From a candidate division FCPU426 bacterium (lineage in GTDB: Bacteria > Oederibacteriota > PGYV01 > Palsa-1178), in NCBI GenBank assembly GCA_963840035.1, contig CAWIXE010000002.1, positions 416,001-480,000 on the forward strand: DNA of 64,000 nucleotides, given 5' to 3'. The notes below the pieces were generated by a model. That model saw only the letters and a program-made list of their open reading frames with translations, did not search any database and was not told the DNA's origin. Within the stretch, counting starts at the first letter, position 1. Every line of letters starts with the position of its first letter. Position numbers and translations under genes: made by a program. This document shows, piece by piece, positions 49,009 through 58,866 of the stretch.

Positions 49009-50283
49009 ATGAAGGTCCTCGTAATCGGTTCCGGCGGGCGCGAGCACGCTATCGCCTGGTGTACGGCCAGGTCGAAGAAAGTTGATAAAATATACTGCGC
49101 GCCGGGAAACGCGGGCACGGCGGCAATAGCCGAGAATGTAAATATCAAGGCTGACGATTTGAACAGGCTTTTGAAGTTCGCGCTTGAAAACAAGATAGAC
49201 CTCACCATTGTCGGCCCGGAAACACCCCTTGTCATGGGCATCGTTGACATGTTTAGCAAGTATGGCCTGAAGGCTTTCGGCCCCAATCAGGCAGGGGCGC
49301 AGATGGAAGGGTCCAAGGTATTTACGAAGAAACTATTCAAGAAATATAATATCCCCACGGCTGAGTTCGGCGAATTTAATAAAAGCGCCGATGCCATAGC
49401 CTATATCAAAGCAAACACAAAATACCCTCTTGTTGTAAAAGCAGACGGCCTGGCAGCGGGCAAGGGCGTGATAATAGCGCAGAGCGAAGCTGACGCGATA
49501 GCCGGCGTAAACGATATAATGGAAAAGAAAATCTTTGGCGGCGCGGGGGACAAGGTTGTAATTGAGGAATTCTTGGACGGGGACGAGGCTTCAATACTCG
49601 CGTTTACCGACGGTGAAACAGTGCTTCCTTTGCCGGCTTCGCAGGACCATAAAAGGATATTTGATGAAGATAAAGGGCCCAATACAGGCGGCATGGGGGC
49701 ATACGCGCCGACTCCGCTAATTACACCGGCATTACTTGAGGAGATAGAAAAGAAAATATTATATCCCACTGTCAATGGGCTTAAAAGCGAAGGCATAACA
49801 TACAAAGGCATACTCTACGCAGGGATAATGGTAACAAAAGACGGGCCAAAGACACTTGAATACAATGTGCGTTTCGGAGACCCTGAAACCCAGGCAGTGC
49901 TTCCTTTATTAAAAACAGACATTACTGACCTTTGCCTGGCATGCATAGACGGCACGCTTAAGGACATAAAAATGGAAACAGAAAAGAAGGCGGCCATCAA
50001 TGTGGTACTGGCCTCAAAAGGATACCCGGGCGACTATGAGAAGGGCAAAGTAATAAACGGCCTGGACAGCTTTAAAGGCAGGGAAGACATGATGGTTTTC
50101 CACGCCGGTACGGCCCTTAAAGACGGCAAAGTGGTTACAGCCGGCGGAAGGGTGCTGAACGTCACGGCGGTAGCTTCTGATATTAAATCGGCTATTGATA
50201 AGGTTTATAAAGATATAGACAAAGTAAGTTTTGAAGGCGTATACTATAGAAAAGACATAGGAAAGAGGGCTCTCAAATACTAG
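49009..50283 (+). CDS. purD: Phosphoribosylamine-glycine ligase
   Basis: GSGGREHA, KADGLAAGKGV, GPNTGGMGAY, RFGDPE. Confidence 0.97.
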   Translation: MKVLVIGSGGREHAIAWCTARSKKVDKIYCAPGNAGTAAIAENVNIKADDLNRLLKFALENKIDLTIVGPETPLVMGIVDMFSKYGLKAFGPNQAGAQMEGSKVFTKKLFKKYNIPTAEFGEFNKSADAIAYIKANTKYPLVVKADGLAAGKGVIIAQSEADAIAGVNDIMEKKIFGGAGDKVVIEEFLDGDEASILAFTDGETVLPLPASQDHKRIFDEDKGPNTGGMGAYAPTPLITPALLEEIEKKILYPTVNGLKSEGITYKGILYAGIMVTKDGPKTLEYNVRFGDPETQAVLPLLKTDITDLCLACIDGTLKDIKMETEKKAAINVVLASKGYPGDYEKGKVINGLDSFKGREDMMVFHAGTALKDGKVVTAGGRVLNVTAVASDIKSAIDKVYKDIDKVSFEGVYYRKDIGKRALKY

Positions 50284-50380
50284 TTTGGAGTGCGGAGTTC
50301 GGGGTTCGGAGTTGGGCCTGTAAGGGCTTTTAAACTTCGAACTCCGAACCCCGGACTCCGAACTTCATTCGGAGGTTTTT

Positions 50381-50905
50381 ATGAAGGTGGCCATCGTAAT
50401 GGGAAGCGATTCAGACCTCGCTATAATGAAGGAATCTGTCGATACCCTTGCCAAGTTCGGTATTGAATCATATGTGAGCGTTACATCCGCCCACAGGACG
50501 CCGGATAAGGTCGAACAGTTCCTTTCCGAGGTTAAAAAACAGAATTGTGAAGTTATCATAGCCGCGGCGGGAATGGCCGCGCACTTGGGCGGTGTTGTGG
50601 CCGCTCAGACTACGCTGCCTGTAATAGGCGTGCCCATGCAGGGCGGCGGGCTTGACGGTATTGACGCCTTATACTCGATAGTGCAGATGCCCGGAGGCAT
50701 ACCCGTGGCATGCATGGCCATAGGAAAACCGGGCGCTATAAACGCGGGAGTATTTGCCGCGCAGATACTTGCGCTGAAATACCCGGAACTTAAGGCCAAA
50801 CTTGAAAATTATAAGAAAGAACTGGCTTCAGGCGTTGAAAAGAAGGATAAGGAACTGCAGGAAAAGGGAGTAAAAAAATATTTAGAGGATAATAATAAAA
50901 AATGA
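50381..50905 (+). CDS. purE: N5-CAIR mutase
   Basis: MGSDSD, SAHRTP, AGMAAHL, QMPGGIPVA. Confidence 0.96.
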   Translation: MKVAIVMGSDSDLAIMKESVDTLAKFGIESYVSVTSAHRTPDKVEQFLSEVKKQNCEVIIAAAGMAAHLGGVVAAQTTLPVIGVPMQGGGLDGIDALYSIVQMPGGIPVACMAIGKPGAINAGVFAAQILALKYPELKAKLENYKKELASGVEKKDKELQEKGVKKYLEDNNKK

Positions 50906-50960
50906 TTTTCAATTTTGAATTTTCAATTTTCAATTGAAAACAAACAAAGAAAAGGCAGTT

Positions 50961-51522
50961 ATGAAAACATCCCGCATAAAAGATATTACTGCCGCCCTGA
51001 AAAAGGGCGGCGTTGTAATTTTACCCACGGATACTGTATATGGTATATTTTGTTCTGCATTAAGCAAAAAAGGGGTTTCTGCCGTATACAAAATAAAGGG
51101 CAGGGACAATAAGAAGCCTCTTCAGGTGTTCCTTTCTGATGTTTCATCAATACATGAATACGCTGAAATAACCCCGGCTCAGGAAATACAGATAGGCAAG
51201 ATGCTACCGGGGCCGTATACGCTGATTCTAAAACTTAACCCCTCTCATAAAAGGACCTTTTCATTCCTGAAAACTGGGACAATAGGCGTCAGAGTCATTA
51301 AATCAGATGTTTTAAGTAGTATTTTAAAAGAAATGGCTTCCCCTCTGGCGGCAACTTCCGCGAACATATCGGGGCAGCCTTTCTCCGCTTGTTTTTGGCG
51401 ATATAGATAAAAGCCTTATAAAAAAGGCTGTTATCGCCGTGGAAAATGATAAAATGGTCAAAGGCAGGGCTTCGCAGGTGATTGACTTAACTTCTGACGA
51501 GCCGAACGTTTTACGGACATAA
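50961..51522 (+). pseudogene. tsaC: Threonylcarbamoyl-AMP synthase TsaC/YrdC with an apparent 1-nt insertion at 51380-51382 (error, pseudogene or recoding)
   Basis: PTDTVYG, K.R...KP, PGPYT, TSANISG; removing one T restores QPSP...GRASQVIDLT...VLR to the stop at 51522. Confidence 0.8.
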
Positions 51523-51608
51523 AAAAAATCTTGAAATAAATCAAAAAATATTATAATATTAAGCATCGATTTTTCTTGGACGACTAAAAAATTTTTAAGG
51601 AGGAAGAA

Positions 51609-51842
51609 ATGGCCAACAAAGGCGCAAAAGTACCTGAGAATGTTTCCGGAAAATACTATGTGGACGACCAGTGCATAGCATGCGGTGTGTGCGAAGGCAG
51701 CGCACCGGAGAACTTTAAGATGAATGATGACGGATCGCACGCGTTTTGCTTCAAACAGCCGGCAAATGACGGAGAGGAAGCGGCATGCAAAGACGGCATG
51801 GGTTCCTGCCCGACAAATTCAATAGGCGATGACGGAAACTAA
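51609..51842 (+). CDS. Single-cluster ferredoxin
   Basis: CIACGVC...AP..F ... CPTNSIG. Confidence 0.9.
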   Translation: MANKGAKVPENVSGKYYVDDQCIACGVCEGSAPENFKMNDDGSHAFCFKQPANDGEEAACKDGMGSCPTNSIGDDGN

Positions 51843-51857
51843 GCCATAGCCAAAAAC

Positions 51858-51889
51858 AAAAAGCCCCGCGGTAAAACGCGGGGTTTTTT
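51858..51889 (+). terminator. Intrinsic terminator after the ferredoxin gene
   Basis: A-tract GCCCCGCG-loop-CGCGGGGT T-tract. Confidence 0.85.
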
Positions 51890-52028
51890 GTTTTATACGG
51901 TGTAAACTGGTTTGATATGTTGATACGGCCGTTATGCATTTTTGTAGGGGCGATTTCACGAATCGCCCGCCTTGGTTGGGTGATTCGTGAGATGCCCCTA
52001 CAATGTTGCAAACAATATCACCCCGCAT

Positions 52029-52269
52029 GAAATTGTCTTTAATTGTGTGTAAATTAATAACAGTTAATAAATAAAACAATTTTATGTCGGCATTTATAAA
52101 CAACCCCTTCCCCCTCGAAGGGGGAAGGACGGGATGGGGGTGAGGTATCGGCAATGCATATCTCTCCCAAAAGCAGGATTGCCTCTACGGCACCCTCTCC
52201 CTAGCCCTCTCCCATAGAGGGAGAGGGGAGAGTCCGGTCCCGAATTTACACAATATTACAGACAATATC
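52029..52269. mobile_element. 241-bp MITE-like element with 27-bp imperfect terminal inverted repeats (IS256-like) and an internal BoxC-like doublet
   Basis: TIRs 52029-52055 and 52243-52269 match at 23/27; flanks are ACCCCGCAT and ACTCCGCAT. Confidence 0.65.
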
Positions 52270-52285
52270 ACTCCGCATAACGAAA

Positions 52286-52314
52286 TTGACAGTTCCGATG
52301 AGATGTGTTAATAT
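52286..52314 (+). promoter_or_regulatory. Putative promoter of the B12 operon
   Basis: TTGACA-17 bp-TAATAT with upstream TG. Confidence 0.55.
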
Positions 52315-52335
52315 CATTTAAGAAATAAGAACAAC

Positions 52336-52450
52336 CCTTTACTACAGGGGAAGTCCCCGTGAGATTCGGGGCGCTGTCGCGCAACGGTAATACGGCAAAA
52401 AGCCGCAAGCCCGGTCCACTGTGATAAAGGATAGTACCTTCGCGTAAAGG
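52336..52450 (+). ncRNA. Cobalamin riboswitch (short, AdoCbl-variant / class II-like)
   Basis: GGGGAAGT-CCCCG-TGAGATT-CGGGG-CGCTGTCGCGCAACGGTAA...AAGCCCG core, closing CCTTTA/TAAAGG helix, upstream of cobA and btuFCDB. Confidence 0.85.
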
Positions 52451-52473
52451 GAATTTACATTGACATTAATGTT

Positions 52474-52497
52474 GCCCGACGCGAGTCGGGCTTTTTT
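52474..52497 (+). terminator. Riboswitch-controlled intrinsic terminator
   Basis: GCCCGAC-GCGA-GTCGGGC-TTTTTT. Confidence 0.9.
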
Positions 52498-52606
52498 ATT
52501 TATACAAGTGGTAAGTGAAATGTGGTAGGTGGTAAGTGAGGAGTGGATCTTGCGTGCATCACTTACCGCGTACCACTTATCACGTACCACCAAAGGGAGC
52601 TAAAAA

Positions 52607-53215
52607 GTGTACATCTACCTCGTCCGGCACGGCGAAACAGACTGGAACAAGAAGCTTCTTTTCCAGGGGCACACTGACATTGAATTAAACAACAACGGCA
52701 TCCGCCAGGCTAAATGCATTGCCAAGACCTTTAAGGAAGTAAAGCTCGACGCCATCATATCCAGCGACCTTCTCAGGGCTTTTCAAACGGCGGCTGAGAT
52801 AAGAAAGGTTTCACCTTCGAAATGCCCGATTATTATGGATAAGGGCTTCAGGGAACGCAACTACGGCAACCTTGAAGGCAAGTTATATGACCGTTACCAC
52901 AAGCAGAATAAGGATTTTACAGGGGAAAAGGACAAAGAGTTTTTCGCGAGGATAAATAAGGCTTTTGATAAAGTGGTAAAAAAACATAAAGGCCAGGACC
53001 TTGTAATAGTGGCGCACGGGGGCGTGGTAAGGCAGATTATTTCCTATATTCTCGGTCTGAAAAACTATAAGCGCCTGCGGGTATATAACGCGTCAATATC
53101 GGAGATATTTTATAACCCGGAAAAGAATGGTTTTTTTCTGTTGTCATTTAACAGCGTGGCGCATTTGCCTAAGAGCGAGCGTAACAAGATACAGTACCAT
53201 ATTAAGGGAGTTTAA
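52607..53215 (+). CDS. Histidine phosphatase, probably alpha-ribazole phosphatase CobC-like
   Basis: LVRHGET.WN, SSDL.RA.QTA, VAHGG; first gene after the B12 riboswitch. Confidence 0.8.
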   Translation: MYIYLVRHGETDWNKKLLFQGHTDIELNNNGIRQAKCIAKTFKEVKLDAIISSDLLRAFQTAAEIRKVSPSKCPIIMDKGFRERNYGNLEGKLYDRYHKQNKDFTGEKDKEFFARINKAFDKVVKKHKGQDLVIVAHGGVVRQIISYILGLKNYKRLRVYNASISEIFYNPEKNGFFLLSFNSVAHLPKSERNKIQYHIKGV

Positions 53216-53350
53216 TTGCAATTTCTAATTACCAATTACTAATTACTAATAAATTTGTGTTTTACACGTTTATAATAATAATACGAGGAATCCTGAGCCT
53301 GACGAAGGATTACGAGTATTACCATAATTAGTAATTACACAGGAGGTTTT

Positions 53351-53866
53351 ATGATCCAACTTTACACGGGAAACGGCAAAGGCAAAACCACGGCAGCCAT
53401 TGGCCAGGCAATCCGCGCGGCAGGCGCCGGGATGAAGGTGGCTTTTTACCAGTTTTTAAAGGCGGGAAAATTTCCGGTTTCAGAGGAAAAAATCCTGAAC
53501 CTGATTGCTAATATTGATTTCATAAGGTTTAACCAGGCTTCGCCTTTATTTGACCCGAAAGTCAGGCCTGAAGAGCTGGCTGAACAGGTGGAAATGGATT
53601 TGACGCTTATAGAAAGCGATATAAAAAGCAACGGATATGACATGATAGTGCTGGATGAACTGACCCACCTGATAAATCTCGGGGTTGTTGAGGAGAAAAA
53701 AATAATTAAACTGCTTAAATCAGCGCCTAAAAAACTGGAAATAATTATAACCGGCAGAAACGCGTCAAAAGGGCTGCTTAAACTGGCGGGTCTTGTTACG
53801 GAAATGAAGGAAGTAAAACACCCGTTTAAGAAGGGTGTAAAGGCGAGGAAGGGAATTGAATTTTAA
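53351..53866 (+). CDS. cobA: Cob(I)alamin adenosyltransferase CobA/BtuR
   Basis: YTGNGKGKTTAA, QFLK, VLDE, ITGR, KHP...G..ARKGIEF. Confidence 0.92.
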   Translation: MIQLYTGNGKGKTTAAIGQAIRAAGAGMKVAFYQFLKAGKFPVSEEKILNLIANIDFIRFNQASPLFDPKVRPEELAEQVEMDLTLIESDIKSNGYDMIVLDELTHLINLGVVEEKKIIKLLKSAPKKLEIIITGRNASKGLLKLAGLVTEMKEVKHPFKKGVKARKGIEF

Positions 53867-53990
53867 GGCGTTCGGAGTTCGGAGGGTAGAGTTCGGAGTT
53901 TGAAGTACGCAAAGACGTTCGGCGGATGTGGCAATTGCCCGAACTCCGAACCTTACCCTCCACCCTCCGAACGCATTAAATGAGGTTAAC

Positions 53991-54848
53991 ATGAAGAAAC
54001 TATTTATGATTACAGCGCTCCTATACACAGGGTTTCTTAACGCGGCGGTCTTTGTCGACGACGTCGGCCGTACCGTAAATGTCCATACCCCTGTATATTC
54101 TGTTGTCTGCCTTTCACCGGCCCACACTGAGATGTTCTTCTGGATGGGTCTGCAGGATAAACTCCGGGCCGTATCCACCAGCTGCGATTTTCCGGATGCG
54201 GCAAAGAAACTGCCTAAAGCAGGGTCTTTCATGAACCCGGACATTGAAAAGATAACTAAGTTAAGGCCGGATGTGGTGATTTCGGGCGGCGGGGTGCAGA
54301 AAAAAGCCATAGCAAAACTTGAAAAGATGGGGATACCTGTGCTGGTTTTGTATCCTAAGAATATTGAAAAGGGCATCTGGGATAACATAAATATGATCGG
54401 AAGGCTGACAGGCGAGCCTGTAAAGGCGTCAAAAAAGATACGCGAATATGAAAAAACGATGTCTGAAGTGATACGCCGCGACAGCTTTCAGCTGAAGGTT
54501 TACCTTGAGATGTGGAATGAGCCTGTAATGGCAGTGGGAAAGTCATCCTTTATAAATCAGATGTTAAAGCTGGGCGGCGGTAAAAATATCCTCGCTGACG
54601 CCAAAAGCGAATACCCGAAAGCGTCGCCCGAGGAAATAATAAAAAGGAATCCGGATGTCATTATCCTGCTTTATAAGCCTGAGAAGGATTACATGGACAG
54701 GCCTTATTTTAAGCAGACCAATGCCGGCAAAAAGGGCAACATATATGTCTTTGATAATGTAGATATCATACTGCGTCCGGGTCCGAGGATACCGCTTGGC
54801 ATTAAATCCCTGAGGAAAATCATAGATAAGGCGGAAAGCAAAACATGA
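53991..54848 (+). CDS. btuF: Cobalamin-binding periplasmic protein
   Basis: DD.GR.V, LSPAHTE, PDIEKI..L.PD, RPGPR. Confidence 0.85.
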   Translation: MKKLFMITALLYTGFLNAAVFVDDVGRTVNVHTPVYSVVCLSPAHTEMFFWMGLQDKLRAVSTSCDFPDAAKKLPKAGSFMNPDIEKITKLRPDVVISGGGVQKKAIAKLEKMGIPVLVLYPKNIEKGIWDNINMIGRLTGEPVKASKKIREYEKTMSEVIRRDSFQLKVYLEMWNEPVMAVGKSSFINQMLKLGGGKNILADAKSEYPKASPEEIIKRNPDVIILLYKPEKDYMDRPYFKQTNAGKKGNIYVFDNVDIILRPGPRIPLGIKSLRKIIDKAESKT

Positions 54849-55816
54849 AGAAAACAGCCGCGTTTTTCATTTTCCTTATTGTTATTCTTGTCATTTGTTT
54901 CCTGTGGGCAATATCCGCCGGAAGCGTCAGCATATCCTTAGCCGACGCGCTGGGATTCCTGTTTGGAAGGCAGGGAGGACAGGACGCTGAAATAGTCGGA
55001 CTTATAAGGCTGCCCAGGATAATTTACGCGATGCTTGTGGGAGGAATGCTGGCAGTGGCAGGCGCCATGCTCCAGGCGCTTTTGAAAAACCCGCTCGTGG
55101 ATCCGTTCATTACGGGCATATCATCAGGCGCGGCATTCGGCGCGGCGTGCGCTATTATCGCCGGGTCTTCAGGGCTTATCGCGCCGTCAATGGCGGGCGC
55201 GCTTCTTACAATGTTTGTGGTTTACAGGATATCCTTAAGTTCGGGAACCGTGAATATAACCAGGCTGCTGCTCGCCGGAGTGATGACAGGCTCATTTTTC
55301 TCTTCACTCATTATGATGATGAATGCCGTGTATTCTAAAGACCTTGTCAAGGTTGTGCTGTGGCTGATGGGGGACCTTTCAAACATAGACCCCGCGCATA
55401 TAAAGTACACGTTTTTAACGGCTGTAATAATAGCTTCGGCAGGAGTGTTTTTCGGCAATGACCTTAACATACTTACGACAGGCGAGCAGGAGGCGAAAAC
55501 GCTGGGCGTTAAAACTGAATTCATTAAAGCGCTTTACTTTGTTTTTGCCGGGGCCCTCACAGCGGTCTCCGTCGCTTTAACCGGCGTCATAGGTTTTGTG
55601 GGGCTGATAATCCCTCACATTATCCGTTTCTTCATCGGGCCTGATATGCGCGGCATGATACCTTGTTCGTTTCTTGCCGGCGCCATATTTTTGCTCTCCG
55701 CCGACACGATAGCCCGTACAGTTTTTCTGCCGGGGGAAATACCCGTGGGCGTTATAACGGGATTAATTGGCGTGCCGGTTTTCATATTTTTAATGATAAG
55801 AAAGAAGGCAGTATAA
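54845..55816 (+). CDS. btuC: Cobalamin ABC transporter permease
   Basis: IRLPR, LKNPL.DP..GISSGA, IGFVGLIIPH, EIPVG. Confidence 0.85.
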   Translation: MKKTAAFFIFLIVILVICFLWAISAGSVSISLADALGFLFGRQGGQDAEIVGLIRLPRIIYAMLVGGMLAVAGAMLQALLKNPLVDPFITGISSGAAFGAACAIIAGSSGLIAPSMAGALLTMFVVYRISLSSGTVNITRLLLAGVMTGSFFSSLIMMMNAVYSKDLVKVVLWLMGDLSNIDPAHIKYTFLTAVIIASAGVFFGNDLNILTTGEQEAKTLGVKTEFIKALYFVFAGALTAVSVALTGVIGFVGLIIPHIIRFFIGPDMRGMIPCSFLAGAIFLLSADTIARTVFLPGEIPVGVITGLIGVPVFIFLMIRKKAV

Positions 55817-56595
55817 TGCTTTTAGAGGCGAAGAATATAAATTTCACATACGGCCGCGGAGGCTTCAGTTTAAAGTCCGTTAACTTATCCGTGAATAAAG
55901 GCGAAGTGGTCTCGCTTTTGGGGCCAAACGGGGCCGGCAAAACAACGCTGATAAAAATACTCGCGTCGATACTTGGCGGCTTTACCGGAAGCGTGTCCGT
56001 TAATTCAAGCCCGGTTGGCAGTTATAAAGGCACGGAACTTGCGAAACTGATTTCATATATCCCGCAGGTGGACTCGTATACATTTGATTATACTGTTGAG
56101 GAATTAGTCTCAATGGGCAGGCGGCCATACATCAATGAAATGGGGCTGCTCTCGCAGGGAGACCGTGAAGCCGTAAAATCTGTGCTTGATTCCTTTGACC
56201 TGTATGGAAAAAGAGGCGAGGTCTATAATAATTTAAGCGGCGGCGAAAAGAGAATGGTTTTAATAGCCCGGGCAATCGCGCAGGAAGCGCAGCTGCTTCT
56301 CATGGACGAGCCTATGACTTACCTGGACATGCACCACCAGTCGGCGCTTATGGAGAAAATAATGGAGTTAAACGGGCAGGGAAAGACCATACTGCTCATA
56401 TCGCACGGCATTAACCTGGCGGCGGAATATGTTAAGAGGGTGGTATTCATGAAAGACGGAAGCATTGCCGCCGACGGGCCGCCTGATAAGGTTATAAATG
56501 AGGCTAAGATAAGGGAAATATACGGCCTGGAGAATTTCTATATAGAAAAGAACAGGGTGTCAGGAAGGCCAAATTTGTTTTTGATGAGGAAGTAA
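55816..56595 (+). CDS. btuD: Cobalamin ABC transporter ATPase
   Basis: GPNGAGKTT, LSGGE, LLMDEP. Confidence 0.85.
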   Translation: MLLEAKNINFTYGRGGFSLKSVNLSVNKGEVVSLLGPNGAGKTTLIKILASILGGFTGSVSVNSSPVGSYKGTELAKLISYIPQVDSYTFDYTVEELVSMGRRPYINEMGLLSQGDREAVKSVLDSFDLYGKRGEVYNNLSGGEKRMVLIARAIAQEAQLLLMDEPMTYLDMHHQSALMEKIMELNGQGKTILLISHGINLAAEYVKRVVFMKDGSIAADGPPDKVINEAKIREIYGLENFYIEKNRVSGRPNLFLMRK

Positions 56596-56790
56596 TATTG
56601 GATAGTGATATTAGATAATGATATGGATAGAAAACCATTGGTTGTGCGTTTGTTGTTGTAGGGGCGATTCATGAATCGCCCGCCTTTCAACCGTGGGCAA
56701 TTCGTGAATTGCCCCTACAAAAACCGGCCAGAACCTGTAATAAAAATGTGTTTTCCGTCAGTTTCATTATAAATAAAAAACGGAGGGTTT

Positions 56791-58737
56791 ATGAAAAAGA
56801 AAATTGCACTTATTTTTTGGGTTGTGATGACGGCATGCGCGGTTTACGCGTTCCCGGCTGACTACAACAACTCCGGCGCCACCATGGGCCAGCAGATGGG
56901 CGAACAGCCCGCGACCGGCATTTCAAAGAGCGCGAACAAGCCCGGGGTTTATGATTTTAAGCCCAAGGAAGTACCCACAGCCCAGGCGCAGCAGACGGCT
57001 GACAAGGCAAAAAACCTGGATGATATCGTGGTTACCGCGAGGAAAATACCCGAGCTCATAAGCATTGTTCCAAGGAGCATTGAAGTCATAGCCGAGGAGC
57101 AGATAAAAGCGTTCGGCGCGGAGCGCCTTGCAGACCTGATAGAGTCAATTTCAGGTATAACAGTTATCCGCAGCGGCGGTTATGAAGGGATTAATACGGT
57201 AATGTTCAGGGGGAGCCCGTCAAAGCATACGCTTGTAATGCAGGACGGAGTGCCGGTGAATGACATGCTGGTAGGGACTGTGGATTTAAACATGATTGAT
57301 ATTTCCGATGTGGAGCGTATTGAGATTATAAAGGGCGGTATGTCCTCCATTTACGGGGCGTCAGCTTCAGCCGGCGTTATAAACATTATAACAGGCTCCA
57401 AGAATAAAAAACTTCTCAAGGCTGAGGCGTCATACGGCTCTTTTGAGACGCAAAAATACGTCCTCTCCTCGGCTGGAAAAATATTAAAGGTGGATTACTC
57501 CGCCGGAGCCTCGGAGGAGAGGTCGAAAGGATACGCGGCAAACGGCGATTTTTACAAACGCGCCGCGGATGTAAAGCTGCAATTTGACGGAGATCTTTTG
57601 ACATCATCCCTGACCGGCCATTACCTGAAAAGGGAAATGGGCCTTCCGTATGATGACTACGGGCCTTCCCATTCCCGGCAGCAGGACGAGAATTACTCTA
57701 TGAACATGGATGAGGACGTAAAAATACCATACGTGAATATGAAAATACAGGGTTACTTAAGGTCGGCGAACCTGTATATGGAAATGCCTGATTACGCTGT
57801 CAAAGACAGGCATAAAAAGAAGGAATACCAGGCATCCGTCATGTTTATATATGACGAGAAAGGCATGGTTTCTGCGATTTCAGGCTATGAAAACAATATT
57901 AAAGAGATAGATTCCACCAGGATAGGAAAGCAGTCGATATCCAATCAGGCATCCGTGTCCAGCGTCTCAATAAAGCTTTTTGACGACACGCTGCTGATAA
58001 ACACGGGATTTAGGGCGGATTTTAATTCCGCCTATAATAACTCAACCAGCGAGAACTTGAGCGGCAAGTATAAGTTCGCGGGAGGAACGGAATTTTTCGC
58101 CTCCATGGAAAAGTCGGTGGCCGTGCCCACGTTCGGCGATACCTACTGGAACGAGCCCTGGATGGCGGGTAACCCGAAACTGCTCCCGGAAAAGACCACC
58201 TCGCTTGAGGCGGGCATAAGGAAAAAAGACGATATCATCAGCGAGGAAATTTCATGGTTCAGGAGCGACATTAAGGATTTGATAGAATGGGTGACTGACC
58301 CTTTTACGTATTTCACCAGCGCTGAAAATGTGGCAAACGCCGAGATAGCGGGCGCCGAGGCTAAAGTCGACCTTAAAATTTCCGGATGGCTTACGGCATA
58401 CGCGAGATACACATACTTGATCGCCAAAAACAGGGAGACAAAAAAGGACCTGGCATACAGGCCGAAGAATGAAATAAACGCGGGCGCAAGCATAAAGTTC
58501 CCGTTTAATACGAGTTTGTCAGTTACGGGGAAGTATGTCGACAACAGGTATTCGACCAAAGATGTGCTTTTACACCCGTATTATTTAATAAGCGCAAGGG
58601 TCACTCATAAGATAAGCGACAATTTTGAAATCTATGGCGATCTGAGCAACATACTGGATAATACGTCATATGAGTCTGTCATACTATATAAAATGCCCGG
58701 AAGGTCGATAACAGTCGGATTAAGGGCGGAAATCTAG
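56791..58737 (+). CDS. btuB: TonB-dependent receptor, BtuB-like
   Basis: IVVTARK, plug VERIEIIKG..SSIYG...GVINIIT, NP.L.PE, C-terminal PGR...G. Confidence 0.8.
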   Translation: MKKKIALIFWVVMTACAVYAFPADYNNSGATMGQQMGEQPATGISKSANKPGVYDFKPKEVPTAQAQQTADKAKNLDDIVVTARKIPELISIVPRSIEVIAEEQIKAFGAERLADLIESISGITVIRSGGYEGINTVMFRGSPSKHTLVMQDGVPVNDMLVGTVDLNMIDISDVERIEIIKGGMSSIYGASASAGVINIITGSKNKKLLKAEASYGSFETQKYVLSSAGKILKVDYSAGASEERSKGYAANGDFYKRAADVKLQFDGDLLTSSLTGHYLKREMGLPYDDYGPSHSRQQDENYSMNMDEDVKIPYVNMKIQGYLRSANLYMEMPDYAVKDRHKKKEYQASVMFIYDEKGMVSAISGYENNIKEIDSTRIGKQSISNQASVSSVSIKLFDDTLLINTGFRADFNSAYNNSTSENLSGKYKFAGGTEFFASMEKSVAVPTFGDTYWNEPWMAGNPKLLPEKTTSLEAGIRKKDDIISEEISWFRSDIKDLIEWVTDPFTYFTSAENVANAEIAGAEAKVDLKISGWLTAYARYTYLIAKNRETKKDLAYRPKNEINAGASIKFPFNTSLSVTGKYVDNRYSTKDVLLHPYYLISARVTHKISDNFEIYGDLSNILDNTSYESVILYKMPGRSITVGLRAEI

Positions 58738-58780
58738 AAAACATCATATAATCAAGAGGTTTTTTCACGCTTAAAAGTTG

Positions 58781-58809
58781 TTGCGTTAAAAATCCCTATT
58801 TGCTATAAT
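58781..58809 (+). promoter_or_regulatory. Sigma70-type promoter of the mre operon
   Basis: TTGCGT-17 bp-TATAAT with extended -10 TG. Confidence 0.6.
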
Positions 58810-58866
58810 ACACACCATGGTTTTTTTGTATTACATTTTTTTTAATACTATTATCAGGAGGTTTTT

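Noticed and set aside
51882..51908. Additional left TIR upstream of the MITE
   Set aside because: Only about 60% match in T-rich terminator sequence, which is not distinguishable from chance.
53289..53311. AATCCTGAGCCTGACGAAGGATT hairpin as a regulatory RNA
   Set aside because: Single short copy that resembles another dispersed palindromic repeat; there is no support for a function from this window.
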